The notes beneath the pieces were generated by a model that searched no databases, had not been told where the DNA came from, and saw only the letters and a list, made by a program, of their open reading frames with translations. DNA of 64,000 nucleotides, taken from contig JBFLXY010000011.1 in the NCBI GenBank assembly GCA_040757055.1, positions 19,099 through 83,098 on the forward strand, in the 5' to 3' direction. Positions 1 through 6,741 of the stretch are shown here, in pieces; position 1 is the first letter of the stretch; each line of letters begins with the position of its first letter. The DNA is from Thermodesulfobacteriota bacterium (GTDB lineage: Bacteria > Desulfobacterota > Desulfobulbia > Desulfobulbales > Desulfurivibrionaceae). Both the position numbers and the translations under genes were made by a program.

Positions 1-52
1 GCCGGTCGTCGTAAGTGGGATCAATCTTGGTGGTGAGGATCGCCTTGGTCAT
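1..52 (-). CDS. 5' end (first 17 codons) of a gene that runs off the left edge. N-terminus is MTKAILTTKIDPTYDDR. From memory this N-terminus belongs to a widespread PUA/SRA-like HNH-endonuclease-type family.
   Basis: ATG at 52-50 on the minus strand. The reading frame stays open to the window edge. A near-identical paralogous fragment lies at 1684-1785. Confidence 0.4.
   Translation of the reverse strand, partial: MTKAILTTKIDPTYDDR
4..52. repeat. Left copy of a 49-bp imperfect direct repeat (46/49 identical to 1737-1785)
   Basis: Direct comparison: ggtcgtcgtaAgtgggAtcaaTcttggtggtgaggatcgccttggtcat versus the copy at 1737-1785. The three differences are capitalised. Confidence 0.9.
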
Positions 53-94
53 GAAAAAACCGGGACACTTCCCGAAAAAACCGGGACACTTCCC
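53..94. repeat. Perfect 21-bp tandem duplication (gaaaaaaccgggacacttccc x2) directly upstream of the ATG of the left-edge gene
   Basis: Units at 53-73 and 74-94 are identical base for base. Confidence 0.95.
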
Positions 95-197
95 AATTAA
101 AAGCTCGGCTCTCGAAAACCAAGCACCAGAATCGATTGCTCACCCAGCAGGGTTCCAGGTTGCCAATTCACTCCTAGTCCTAAATCGAATTCAGTGA

Positions 198-1040
198 TCA
201 TGGCAACTCCTTGTTTTTCGGCATTTCAGTCAATTCAGCCGCCCTGGAATAAGGAATAATCGCTCCAGTATTGCACTGCAGCCAAATCGGCTCGCGGTGC
301 GAGGCGTCATAAATCTGCTTGTTGCTGGGAAAGGTCCCGGCCACAGCGGCAACGATTGCGGCCTCATCCGGAGTGAGGGGCGGGACGCTGGATACATCGG
401 CCTTGAAAATCTCGTCCACCAAATCACGGTAATTATTGAGCTGCGGCCCCATGGGCAGGGCGGCATATGAGGCTCCGGTAATACTGTGGCCGAGGTCGCG
501 GAAAGCAACCATGTCGGCGTACCAGAGATACTTCGCCGCATAGAGCATGCGGTCATCCTTCTTTAGTAGCGGCCGTTGCAGTATCTCGCTGAAAGCGTCG
601 AGGACAAGACGAATTCGAGGAATGGAAAATTCACGGTTACCGGTGTGCTCGTTGCACGCATGATCCAGCAGAAACGTCCGCAACAGGGTATCCATGGACT
701 TGCTTTGAATAACCCCCGATTCCCAGCGCTTGATACTGGCTATTCCAACATCCAGGGCCTCGGCCAGGGCCTGTTGCGAGAGGCCCTTACCCTGGCGCAG
801 ACCACGTATTTCTTCGCTTCCGAGCAAACCGACAGCCTGCCGGTAAGAATCGGCAAGCCTCTCCTGCATTTCCGCTGCTTCTTCAATGTCGGCAAGTTCC
901 AAGCCGCATGCCGCACATAGCTGCAATCTGGCGGTATAGGTGACATCAACCCCTTTAAGCTCGGCCCGCTTTTCAATCTCTATCATCCTTAGCTGCCCCT
1001 GGCAGTTCGGACACGTTTTGTTTTTCATTTGCTTATCCAT
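198..1040 (-). CDS. Hybrid antitoxin: MqsA-type zinc ribbon plus XRE helix-turn-helix, fused to a C-terminal Panacea (DUF4065/SocA-like) domain
   Basis: The N-terminus has CPNC...CAAC, followed by an HTH segment (GLSQQALAEALDVGIASIKRWESG) laid out like E. coli MqsA. The C-terminal half has KYLWYADMVAFRDLGHSITGASYAALPMGPQ, typical of DUF4065. The ATG lies 3 nt after the upstream gene's stop. Confidence 0.75.
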   Translation of the reverse strand: MDKQMKNKTCPNCQGQLRMIEIEKRAELKGVDVTYTARLQLCAACGLELADIEEAAEMQERLADSYRQAVGLLGSEEIRGLRQGKGLSQQALAEALDVGIASIKRWESGVIQSKSMDTLLRTFLLDHACNEHTGNREFSIPRIRLVLDAFSEILQRPLLKKDDRMLYAAKYLWYADMVAFRDLGHSITGASYAALPMGPQLNNYRDLVDEIFKADVSSVPPLTPDEAAIVAAVAGTFPSNKQIYDASHREPIWLQCNTGAIIPYSRAAELTEMPKNKELP

Positions 1041-1043
1041 AAT

Positions 1044-1415
1044 CTATTCCTCCGCCACTACTCTGGTGCAGATGTGAAGCGATACCAGATACAACGTCCC
1101 TTGCTGAAGAGAGAACTTGTAATACACACGACATTCAAACCTTTCGCACGTAACCGAGAAGGCAAATAAATCGTGATTGAGAATCAGCTTTTCGTAAGAT
1201 TTTTCGGGAGGTCGGTGTCCGGCATAATGTTCCGGCCCGGTGCTGTTCAACAGGTCCAGCAATACCAACTGCAACTCATGCCGGATCGAGTAGCCGAGAG
1301 ACATGGCGTCGGCCACGATAACTGCCGGCTCAACGAGCATGATCTTATTCTCATGCACGGCCTCCAAAGCAGCTTGAAGCTTACCGTTTAGTTCCTTATA
1401 GGAGGGTCTTGCCAA
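1044..1415 (-). CDS. MqsR-like toxin candidate (about 123 aa)
   Basis: The gene order is toxin first, as in mqsRA. The C-terminus RVYYKFSLQQGTLYLVSLH parallels MqsR's VYLKITV...LIVSFKE. The mid region SLGYSIRHELQLVLLDLLNSTGPEHY parallels MqsR's LGLDFDGMCNVIIGLSESDFY. The track start (TTG at 1451) sits inside the promoter -10 region. I prefer TTG at 1415, which is preceded by GGAGAG. Confidence 0.55.
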   Translation of the reverse strand: MARPSYKELNGKLQAALEAVHENKIMLVEPAVIVADAMSLGYSIRHELQLVLLDLLNSTGPEHYAGHRPPEKSYEKLILNHDLFAFSVTCERFECRVYYKFSLQQGTLYLVSLHICTRVVAEE

Positions 1416-1454
1416 GAATTCTCTCCAACCGAAACAGGCCAGCCTCGGCAATTC

Positions 1455-1483
1455 ATTATGGTATCAATTGATACCAGAGTCAA
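1455..1483 (-). promoter_or_regulatory. Sigma70-type promoter of the toxin-antitoxin operon: TTGACT, 17-nt spacer, CATAAT
   Basis: The minus strand reads TTGACT ctggtatcaattgatac CATAAT. The -35 is at 1483-1478 and the -10 at 1460-1455. Confidence 0.55.
1459..1476. promoter_or_regulatory. Perfect 18-bp palindrome (tggtatcaattgatacca) filling the promoter spacer; likely operator for the HTH antitoxin
   Basis: The sequence is exactly self-complementary and lies between the -35 and -10 elements. Confidence 0.5.
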
Positions 1484-1683
1484 GATTTAAAACCTGAGGA
1501 GGATTCCGGGGACATAATACTCATTTCCCGTCAACCGCTGTTTTCCCCATCCGCCCCAGGAATTGAGCACCCTATCCCCAGGGACAGGATACATAATTCC
1601 CGCCAGCCGGGAAAACATGAAATTTCAAAGCTTCGTTTCCGCAGAAAGTCCAGGCACGGCGAAACGTGGATAACGGGCCAGAA

Positions 1684-1785
1684 CTATTTTCCCACCCCGC
1701 AGATAGATGCGGGGGAATGGTACCGCTCCTCCGGCAGGTCGTCGTAGGTGGGGTCAACCTTGGTGGTGAGGATCGCCTTGGTCAT
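1684..1785 (-). pseudogene. Truncated 5' fragment paralogous to the left-edge gene (MTKAILTTKVDPTYDDLPEERYH, then an out-of-family tail and a stop)
   Basis: It shares 46/49 nt with 4-52. A stop follows after 33 codons. A 1-nt frame shift after YH would read FPRIYLR, which resembles the family continuation as I remember it. Confidence 0.5.
1737..1785. repeat. Right copy of the 49-bp direct repeat
   Basis: See 4-52. Confidence 0.9.
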
Positions 1786-1791
1786 GATTCG

Positions 1792-2361
1792 TCAAAACAC
1801 CCCATGCTCGGCGAGGATTTTGACCCCGATGGCGATGAGCACCAGGCCGCCGGCGATCTCGGCCCGGGCCCCCAGTTTGGAGGCGGCGCCCAGGATGCAG
1901 CCCAGTCGCAGCCCCACCGCGGTGAGCACCGCCGCCACGATGCCGATGATCGCGGCCGGCAGCCAGACGCTGACCCCGAGCACGGCAAAACTGAGGCCCA
2001 CGGCCAGGGAGTCGATGCTGGTGGCCACCGAGAGGGTGACCAGCATGCGGCCGCGGGTGGGGTCTGTTCCTTCCCTGGCCTCGTGCCCCTCGCGGATCGC
2101 CTCGACGATCATCTTGCCGCCGACAAAGGCGAGGAGGGAAAAGGCGATCCAGTGGTCCAGGGCCTCGATGGAGGAGCGGACCGTGAGGCCGCCCACCCAG
2201 CCGAGGATGTTCATTCCCCCCTGGAAGAGGCCGAAATGCCAGGCCAGGCGGAAGACCTGGCGGGAGTTCACCCGGCAGAGGCTGACTCCGGCGGCCAGGG
2301 CCACGGCAAAGGCGTCCACCGCCAGGGCCAGGGCGATGAGGAGGATGGCGGTCAGCGGCAT
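1792..2361 (-). CDS. mntP: Manganese efflux pump MntP (DUF204 family)
   Basis: MPLTAILLIALALAVDAFAVALAAG... with a second repeat SVATSIDSLAVGLSFA, and six hydrophobic segments. The start was trimmed to the ATG at 2361. Confidence 0.85.
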   Translation of the reverse strand: MPLTAILLIALALAVDAFAVALAAGVSLCRVNSRQVFRLAWHFGLFQGGMNILGWVGGLTVRSSIEALDHWIAFSLLAFVGGKMIVEAIREGHEAREGTDPTRGRMLVTLSVATSIDSLAVGLSFAVLGVSVWLPAAIIGIVAAVLTAVGLRLGCILGAASKLGARAEIAGGLVLIAIGVKILAEHGVF

Positions 2362-2558
2362 CCGTCCGGCACCGGCAGCGGGGGTGGGTGGGCCGTTGGA
2401 ATCCTGTCGCGCCGGCAGGCGGCGCAGCGGTCGGGGCTGCACTGCTGGCAGGAAAAGCAGTCCGGGCAGGGGTGCTTGCCGCGGCACCCTTGAGGCTGCG
2501 GCGAATAAAGCTTGCCGCGGCCGTCGGGCAGATCGATGAAGAGGGGCTCGCGGTTCAC
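2352..2558 (-). CDS. Candidate small Cys-rich protein (68 aa) between the crp-family gene and mntP
   Basis: Its GTG overlaps the Crp stop codon (GTGA). Its stop overlaps the mntP ATG by 10 nt. Codon third positions are strongly G/C-biased. It carries a CRGKHPCPDCFSCQQCSPDRCAAC cysteine cluster. Confidence 0.4.
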   Translation of the reverse strand: MNREPLFIDLPDGRGKLYSPQPQGCRGKHPCPDCFSCQQCSPDRCAACRRDRIPTAHPPPLPVPDGCR

Positions 2559-3238
2559 AGCCGACGTTCTCCGGCCGCCAGGTCGTCCAGGGCGTCGCGG
2601 TCGAGGAGGGTGATGCGGGAGCCGTCCACGGCGATCCAGCCCTGTTTCGCCAGTTTGGTGAGCATCCGCGACAGGGTCTCGGGGATGGTGCCGAGCAGGC
2701 TGGCGAGCTGGCTCTTGCTCACCGGCAGGGCCACGGTGTCGGCGTCGCCCTGCTGCTCGCTCAGGAAGAGGAGATGGGCGGCGAGACGGCCCGGCACCTC
2801 CTTGAGGGAAAGGTCCTCGATGAGGTGGGCGAAGCGCTTGAGGCGCATGGAGAGCGCGGCCATCATGTTCATGGCCAGATCGGGGCTGCTCCGGAGCAGT
2901 TCGATGAAGGCCCGGCGGGGAAAGAAGAAGACCCGGCTCTCCTCCAGGGCCAGGGCATGGGCCGGGTAGGAGGAGCTGGTGAAGACCGCGGCCTCGGCAA
3001 AGGGTTCGCCCGGCCCGAAGAGGTGGAGGATCTGCTCCTTGCCGTCCATGGAGAGCTTGTAGATCTTGACGAGCCCGCTGCCCACCACGTAGAAGCCGGC
3101 GCCGGGGTCGCCCTCGGCAAAGATCGGCTGCCCCTTGCGGAAGGTCTGGCTGGTGGCGATCATGGCCAGTTCGTCGTACTGGGCCGGGGTGAGGCCGCTG
3201 AAAAGGGGGACGGTGGCGAGGAATCCGGTGATCTCCAT
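2555..3238 (-). CDS. Crp/Fnr-family transcriptional regulator
   Basis: It has a cyclic-nucleotide-binding fold (FRKGQPIFAEGDPGAGFYVVGSGLVKIYK) and a C-terminal HTH (SKSQLASLLGTIPETLSRMLTKL). The start was trimmed to MEITGF. Confidence 0.85.
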   Translation of the reverse strand: MEITGFLATVPLFSGLTPAQYDELAMIATSQTFRKGQPIFAEGDPGAGFYVVGSGLVKIYKLSMDGKEQILHLFGPGEPFAEAAVFTSSSYPAHALALEESRVFFFPRRAFIELLRSSPDLAMNMMAALSMRLKRFAHLIEDLSLKEVPGRLAAHLLFLSEQQGDADTVALPVSKSQLASLLGTIPETLSRMLTKLAKQGWIAVDGSRITLLDRDALDDLAAGERRL

Positions 3239-3240
3239 AG

Positions 3241-4017
3241 TCAATCCGTTGAGGGCAGGGCGCCGGCGGCCAGGGCGTAGTTGTCGAGAAGAGCGGCCGC
3301 CACCCGCAGGGGGCGGTGCGCATTGTGGCATATTTCCCCGGCCGAGAAAAGGAAAAGATGGCCCGCGCCCGCCGGTTGGGCCTCGATGAGTACGATGTCC
3401 CGGAAGCCGGGCAGCGGCGGGAGGGGCACCATCTTGCGGATGGCCTCCTTGGCGGCCCACAGCAGGGTGAGCCGCACCGTTTCCGGATGATGGCCGGCGG
3501 CCGCGGCCAGAATCGCTTCTTCGCCCGGCAGGGCGAAGCGTTGTTTCACTCGCCCCACCGTTGGGCCGACCGCCTGGAGGTCGATGCCGCAAGGCTGGAA
3601 GCAGGCCATCGCCGCGGCGCACCCGGCGCTGTGGGAAAGGGAGAGGTGTACCGGCCGGGGAAGGCCGGGCAGTTCGAGCCGGGGTTTTCCGGCCCCGTCG
3701 GCGCCAATGGTGAGGGCCGAGGGGGGCGGCACGGAGCCGAAAGTGGCGAGCAGCTCGCAAACCGCGGCCTTGGCGGCGAGGCGGCCGCCCAGCCATTCCT
3801 GGCGGCGTTTGGGGTACTGGAAGGCATGGTAGCGGGCCTCTTCCCCGGCGCTGAGCAGGGCGGCCAGCTGCGCCGGCCCCAGCGGGGCGGCCAGCGGGCT
3901 CAGGTCGAGGAGGACCATGGGCAGGGGGCCGTCCAGCCCCAGCGCCTCGGCCCAGGGGACAGATGGCGGGGAAAAGGAGGGAATGGCCAGGGGATAGCCG
4001 TCAGGGAGAGGGGTCAT
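3241..4017 (-). CDS. 4'-phosphopantetheinyl transferase (Sfp/EntD type)
   Basis: Contains GKPRL...SLSHSAG...WAAKEAIRK motifs. Confidence 0.8.
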   Translation of the reverse strand: MTPLPDGYPLAIPSFSPPSVPWAEALGLDGPLPMVLLDLSPLAAPLGPAQLAALLSAGEEARYHAFQYPKRRQEWLGGRLAAKAAVCELLATFGSVPPPSALTIGADGAGKPRLELPGLPRPVHLSLSHSAGCAAAMACFQPCGIDLQAVGPTVGRVKQRFALPGEEAILAAAAGHHPETVRLTLLWAAKEAIRKMVPLPPLPGFRDIVLIEAQPAGAGHLFLFSAGEICHNAHRPLRVAAALLDNYALAAGALPSTD

Positions 4018-4127
4018 GTCCTTTCGATGCCCGGTGGTCGTGACCGGTCGCCGGTTTCCGGCGGCGGCCGTCTGAAATCTCTTGCTATTTTAGGCGAAAA
4101 TCGCTTTTCTGATAAGAAGAAACCGTC

Positions 4128-4733
4128 ATGAACGCGCTCGACGCCGCAGTCCTCGCCATTCTTCTCGTCTTCCTTGCCCGTGGCATCTGGGTCGGCCTCG
4201 TGCGCCAGCTCGCCTCGCTTTTTGCCCTCGTCCTCGGCTTCGTCGCCGCCGGCCGCTACTACCGCCAGTTCGGCGCGGTGCTGGAAGCGTATCTGCCCTC
4301 CCGGCTCAGCTTCCTTCTCACCTACGCCCTGCTCTTCCTCCTCGTCTACCTGGCCATCGTCGCCCTCGGCTTCGGGCTCCGGAAGGTGGTGAGCGTTTCG
4401 CTTCTCGGCTGGTTCGACAGGCTCATGGGCGGGCTCTTCGGTTTCAGCAAGGCGGTGATTCTCGCCTCGCTGCTCTTTCTCCTCTTCACCGCCTCTGTCA
4501 CCGCCACCTCACCCCTGCTCCGCCACTCCCTGGCCGCGCCGTACCTCACCGCCACCTCCCGTCATTTTCTGGTGTTCATCCGGGATGAGAAGCTCCAGGG
4601 CCAGTTTCTGCCCAAGCCGCCGCCGGCCATTGCCGTGGGGGCGTCAGCGGCGGTAGAAGCGGGCAAGGCGCTCCGGATCGATCCCAAGGCCAAAACCCAG
4701 CAGCACCAAGGCGTTCCGCAGGGTCGTCCGTAG
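4128..4733 (+). CDS. cvpA: CvpA-family membrane protein
   Basis: The N-terminus NALDAAVLAILLVFLARGIWVGLVRQ is followed by four hydrophobic segments. The 3' end overlaps the convergent gene by about 90 nt, so the C-terminus is uncertain. Confidence 0.7.
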   Translation: MNALDAAVLAILLVFLARGIWVGLVRQLASLFALVLGFVAAGRYYRQFGAVLEAYLPSRLSFLLTYALLFLLVYLAIVALGFGLRKVVSVSLLGWFDRLMGGLFGFSKAVILASLLFLLFTASVTATSPLLRHSLAAPYLTATSRHFLVFIRDEKLQGQFLPKPPPAIAVGASAAVEAGKALRIDPKAKTQQHQGVPQGRP

Positions 4734-5333
4734 CACCCCCAGGCGCTGCCAGCGTCGGGCCGAGGTGCGCACCGCCGTCCCGGCGAGACGGATTTTTCCC
4801 CTGCGCCGCAGGCGCTTGACCAGTTCCACATCCTCCAGCAGCGGCAGGGGGGCGAAGCCGCCCAGGGCGCGGAAATCCGCGGCCCGCAGGAAGAGTCCCT
4901 GATCGCCATAGGGCAGGCCGAGGCGCGCCCGCAGGTTGGCGAAGACTTCGATCACCCGCAGGGCCGCGCCCTGCCCGGCGATGCCGAGCCGGAAGGCGCC
5001 GAGAATCACCGCCGGGTCGGCCAGCAGCCGTTGTATCTCGGTGCTGAAGCCGGACGGCGGCAGGGTGTCGGCATGGAGGAAGAGGAGCATTTCGCCGCCG
5101 GCCAGGGCCGCCCCCGCGTTCATCTGGCGGCCGCGGCCGGGCGGGCTCGATGCCACCCGGGCGCCGAGCCGGCACGCCGTTTCCGCGGTGCCATCGCTGC
5201 TGCCGCCGTCGGCGACGATGATCTCGCGCACCTTCTCCCGCGCCAGCGCGGCCAGGAGGGCCGGCAACACGGCGGCCTCATTGCGCGCCGGGATGATGAC
5301 CGAGATGGGTGAGGTCTTCGGGGCGGTCGACAT
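4644..5333 (-). CDS. Family-2 glycosyltransferase of the type I recall as TIGR04283 (transferase 2, rSAM/selenodomain-associated)
   Basis: ISVIIPARNE...IIVADGGSSDGT...GRGRQMNAGA...LLFLHADT...LPYGDQGLF...LLEDVELVKRL...TSARRW. The start was trimmed to MSTAPK. Confidence 0.8.
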   Translation of the reverse strand: MSTAPKTSPISVIIPARNEAAVLPALLAALAREKVREIIVADGGSSDGTAETACRLGARVASSPPGRGRQMNAGAALAGGEMLLFLHADTLPPSGFSTEIQRLLADPAVILGAFRLGIAGQGAALRVIEVFANLRARLGLPYGDQGLFLRAADFRALGGFAPLPLLEDVELVKRLRRRGKIRLAGTAVRTSARRWQRLGVLRTTLRNALVLLGFGLGIDPERLARFYRR

Positions 5334-5904
5334 CGGGCAGGGTTTCCAGCAGGTGATGGCGGAGGCCGAGGGCCTTGGCCCTGGCCAGGGTTTGGCGGAG
5401 CACGGCGGCGGTGCCCCAGGGAATCCCGAGGAAAAGACCGGGGTGCGGGGCCTGGAGGCCGATGAGGTAGTAGCCGCCATCGCGGGCCGGCCCCAGGACC
5501 AGATCGTGGTCGGCGAGAGCGGCCAGGGCGGCGGCGAGGTGATCCGCAGTCAGGGCCGGGCAGTCGGCCCCCACTGCCGCCACCGGCCGCGCCCTGCGGG
5601 CAAAGGCCGCGGCAAAAGCCCGGCCGAGCCTGGCGCCCAGGTCGCCCTCGCCCTGGGCCGCGTAGGAATCGGCGCCGGGCAGCCAGCGGCGCACCGCGTC
5701 CGCGTCGGCCCCGCAGCAGCGCACCTCCAGGCTGACACCCCGGCAGGCGCGGAGGGTGGCAAAGGCCGCCTCGCTCATGCGCCGCTGCAGCGCCGCGGCC
5801 CCTTCGGCGCCGAGGGCCGGAATGAGGCGGGTCTTGGTCTCACCGGCCTGCGGGAAGCGGGTGAAGAGCATGAGATGGCCGGCGGTCGTTTTCTGGCGTT
5901 GCAT
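5278..5904 (-). CDS. DUF2064-family nucleotidyl/glycosyl-transferase-like protein (recalled as TIGR04282, transferase 1, rSAM/selenodomain-associated)
   Basis: LFTRFPQAGETKTRLIPALGAEGAA...QGEGDLGARL...VGADCPALT...DLVLGPARDGGYYLIGL...IPWGT...LPDVDRPEDL. It overlaps the downstream GT2 gene by 56 nt. Confidence 0.8.
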   Translation of the reverse strand: MQRQKTTAGHLMLFTRFPQAGETKTRLIPALGAEGAAALQRRMSEAAFATLRACRGVSLEVRCCGADADAVRRWLPGADSYAAQGEGDLGARLGRAFAAAFARRARPVAAVGADCPALTADHLAAALAALADHDLVLGPARDGGYYLIGLQAPHPGLFLGIPWGTAAVLRQTLARAKALGLRHHLLETLPDVDRPEDLTHLGHHPGAQ

Positions 5905-5958
5905 CTGTCTGTCCGAGCAGGTACCCTGCGGTGGTCCTGAACCATACCAGAGCGAACC

Positions 5959-6735
5959 ATGGCCGCCAAAGCAAAAAAAACACCCAGGCCCGCCCCCCTT
6001 TCCTACCGGCGGAGGGACTACCGCCGGCAGGTCAGCGCCGGCAACCTTGCCGCCTTCAGCGTGCAGGTGCGGGAGACCGATCTGCAGATCCTGGCCTGTC
6101 GCGATCTGACCGCCGAGGCGTCGGCGGCGGTGCTCCGCTGCCGATGCCAGATCGAAGGCTACCTCGCCGGTCATCCCGCCTTTCTGCCGGCCCTGACCCC
6201 GCTGCCGGACGATCCGCTGGCGCCGCCCATCGTCAGGGAGATGCTGCGGGCAGCTCTCCTGGCCGGGGTCGGGCCCATGGCCGCGGTGGCCGGCGCGGTG
6301 GCCGAAGCCGTCGGCCGCGTGCTGCTTGCCTGCGACGGGGTCCGCGAGGCGAGCGTGGAAAACGGCGGCGACATCTTCCTGGCCCGGCGCGAGGAGTGCG
6401 TAGTGGCGATCTTTGCCGGCGCCTCGCCGCTCAGCAGCCGGGTGGGCCTCAGGATTTCCCCCGGGCGGATGCCGCTCGGCATCTGCACCTCCTCCGGCAC
6501 CGTGGGCCACTCCCTGAGTTTCGGCACCGCCGACGCGGTGACCGTGCTCGCCGCCTCCACCGCCCTTGCCGATGCCGCCGCCACCCGCATCGGCAACGAG
6601 GTGCGGAGCGTGCGCGACCTCGATCGGGCCCTGGCCGTCGGCCGGGGTATCGCAGGGGTGGAGGGGCTGGTGGTCATCAAGGACGATCAGCTTGGCGCCT
6701 GGGGCGAGGTGGAGCTGGTGCGGCTCGACCGCTGA
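5959..6735 (+). CDS. UPF0280-family protein (ApbE-like fold)
   Basis: The YRRRDYRR...VRETDLQI N-terminus and GTVGHSLSFGTADAV region resemble UPF0280 members as I recall them. Confidence 0.6.
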   Translation: MAAKAKKTPRPAPLSYRRRDYRRQVSAGNLAAFSVQVRETDLQILACRDLTAEASAAVLRCRCQIEGYLAGHPAFLPALTPLPDDPLAPPIVREMLRAALLAGVGPMAAVAGAVAEAVGRVLLACDGVREASVENGGDIFLARREECVVAIFAGASPLSSRVGLRISPGRMPLGICTSSGTVGHSLSFGTADAVTVLAASTALADAAATRIGNEVRSVRDLDRALAVGRGIAGVEGLVVIKDDQLGAWGEVELVRLDR

Positions 6736-6741
6736 GCCCGT

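Noticed and set aside
15-197. 60-aa plus-strand ORF containing KKPGHFPKKPGHFP
   Set aside because: The peptide repeat is just the translation of the 21-bp tandem DNA duplication. The ORF begins antisense to the left-edge gene's start and has no RBS.
1665-1678. gtggataac resembling a DnaA box (8/9 match to TGTGGATAA)
   Set aside because: It is a single isolated near-match inside the pseudogene remnant, far from dnaA. It is probably chance.
4644-4733. 90-nt convergent overlap of the cvpA and GT2 3' ends; considered as a sign of mis-annotation or antisense regulation
   Set aside because: The CvpA C-terminal extension after its last transmembrane helix is unconserved-looking and may simply read through until a stop in GC-rich DNA. 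There is not enough evidence for a finding.
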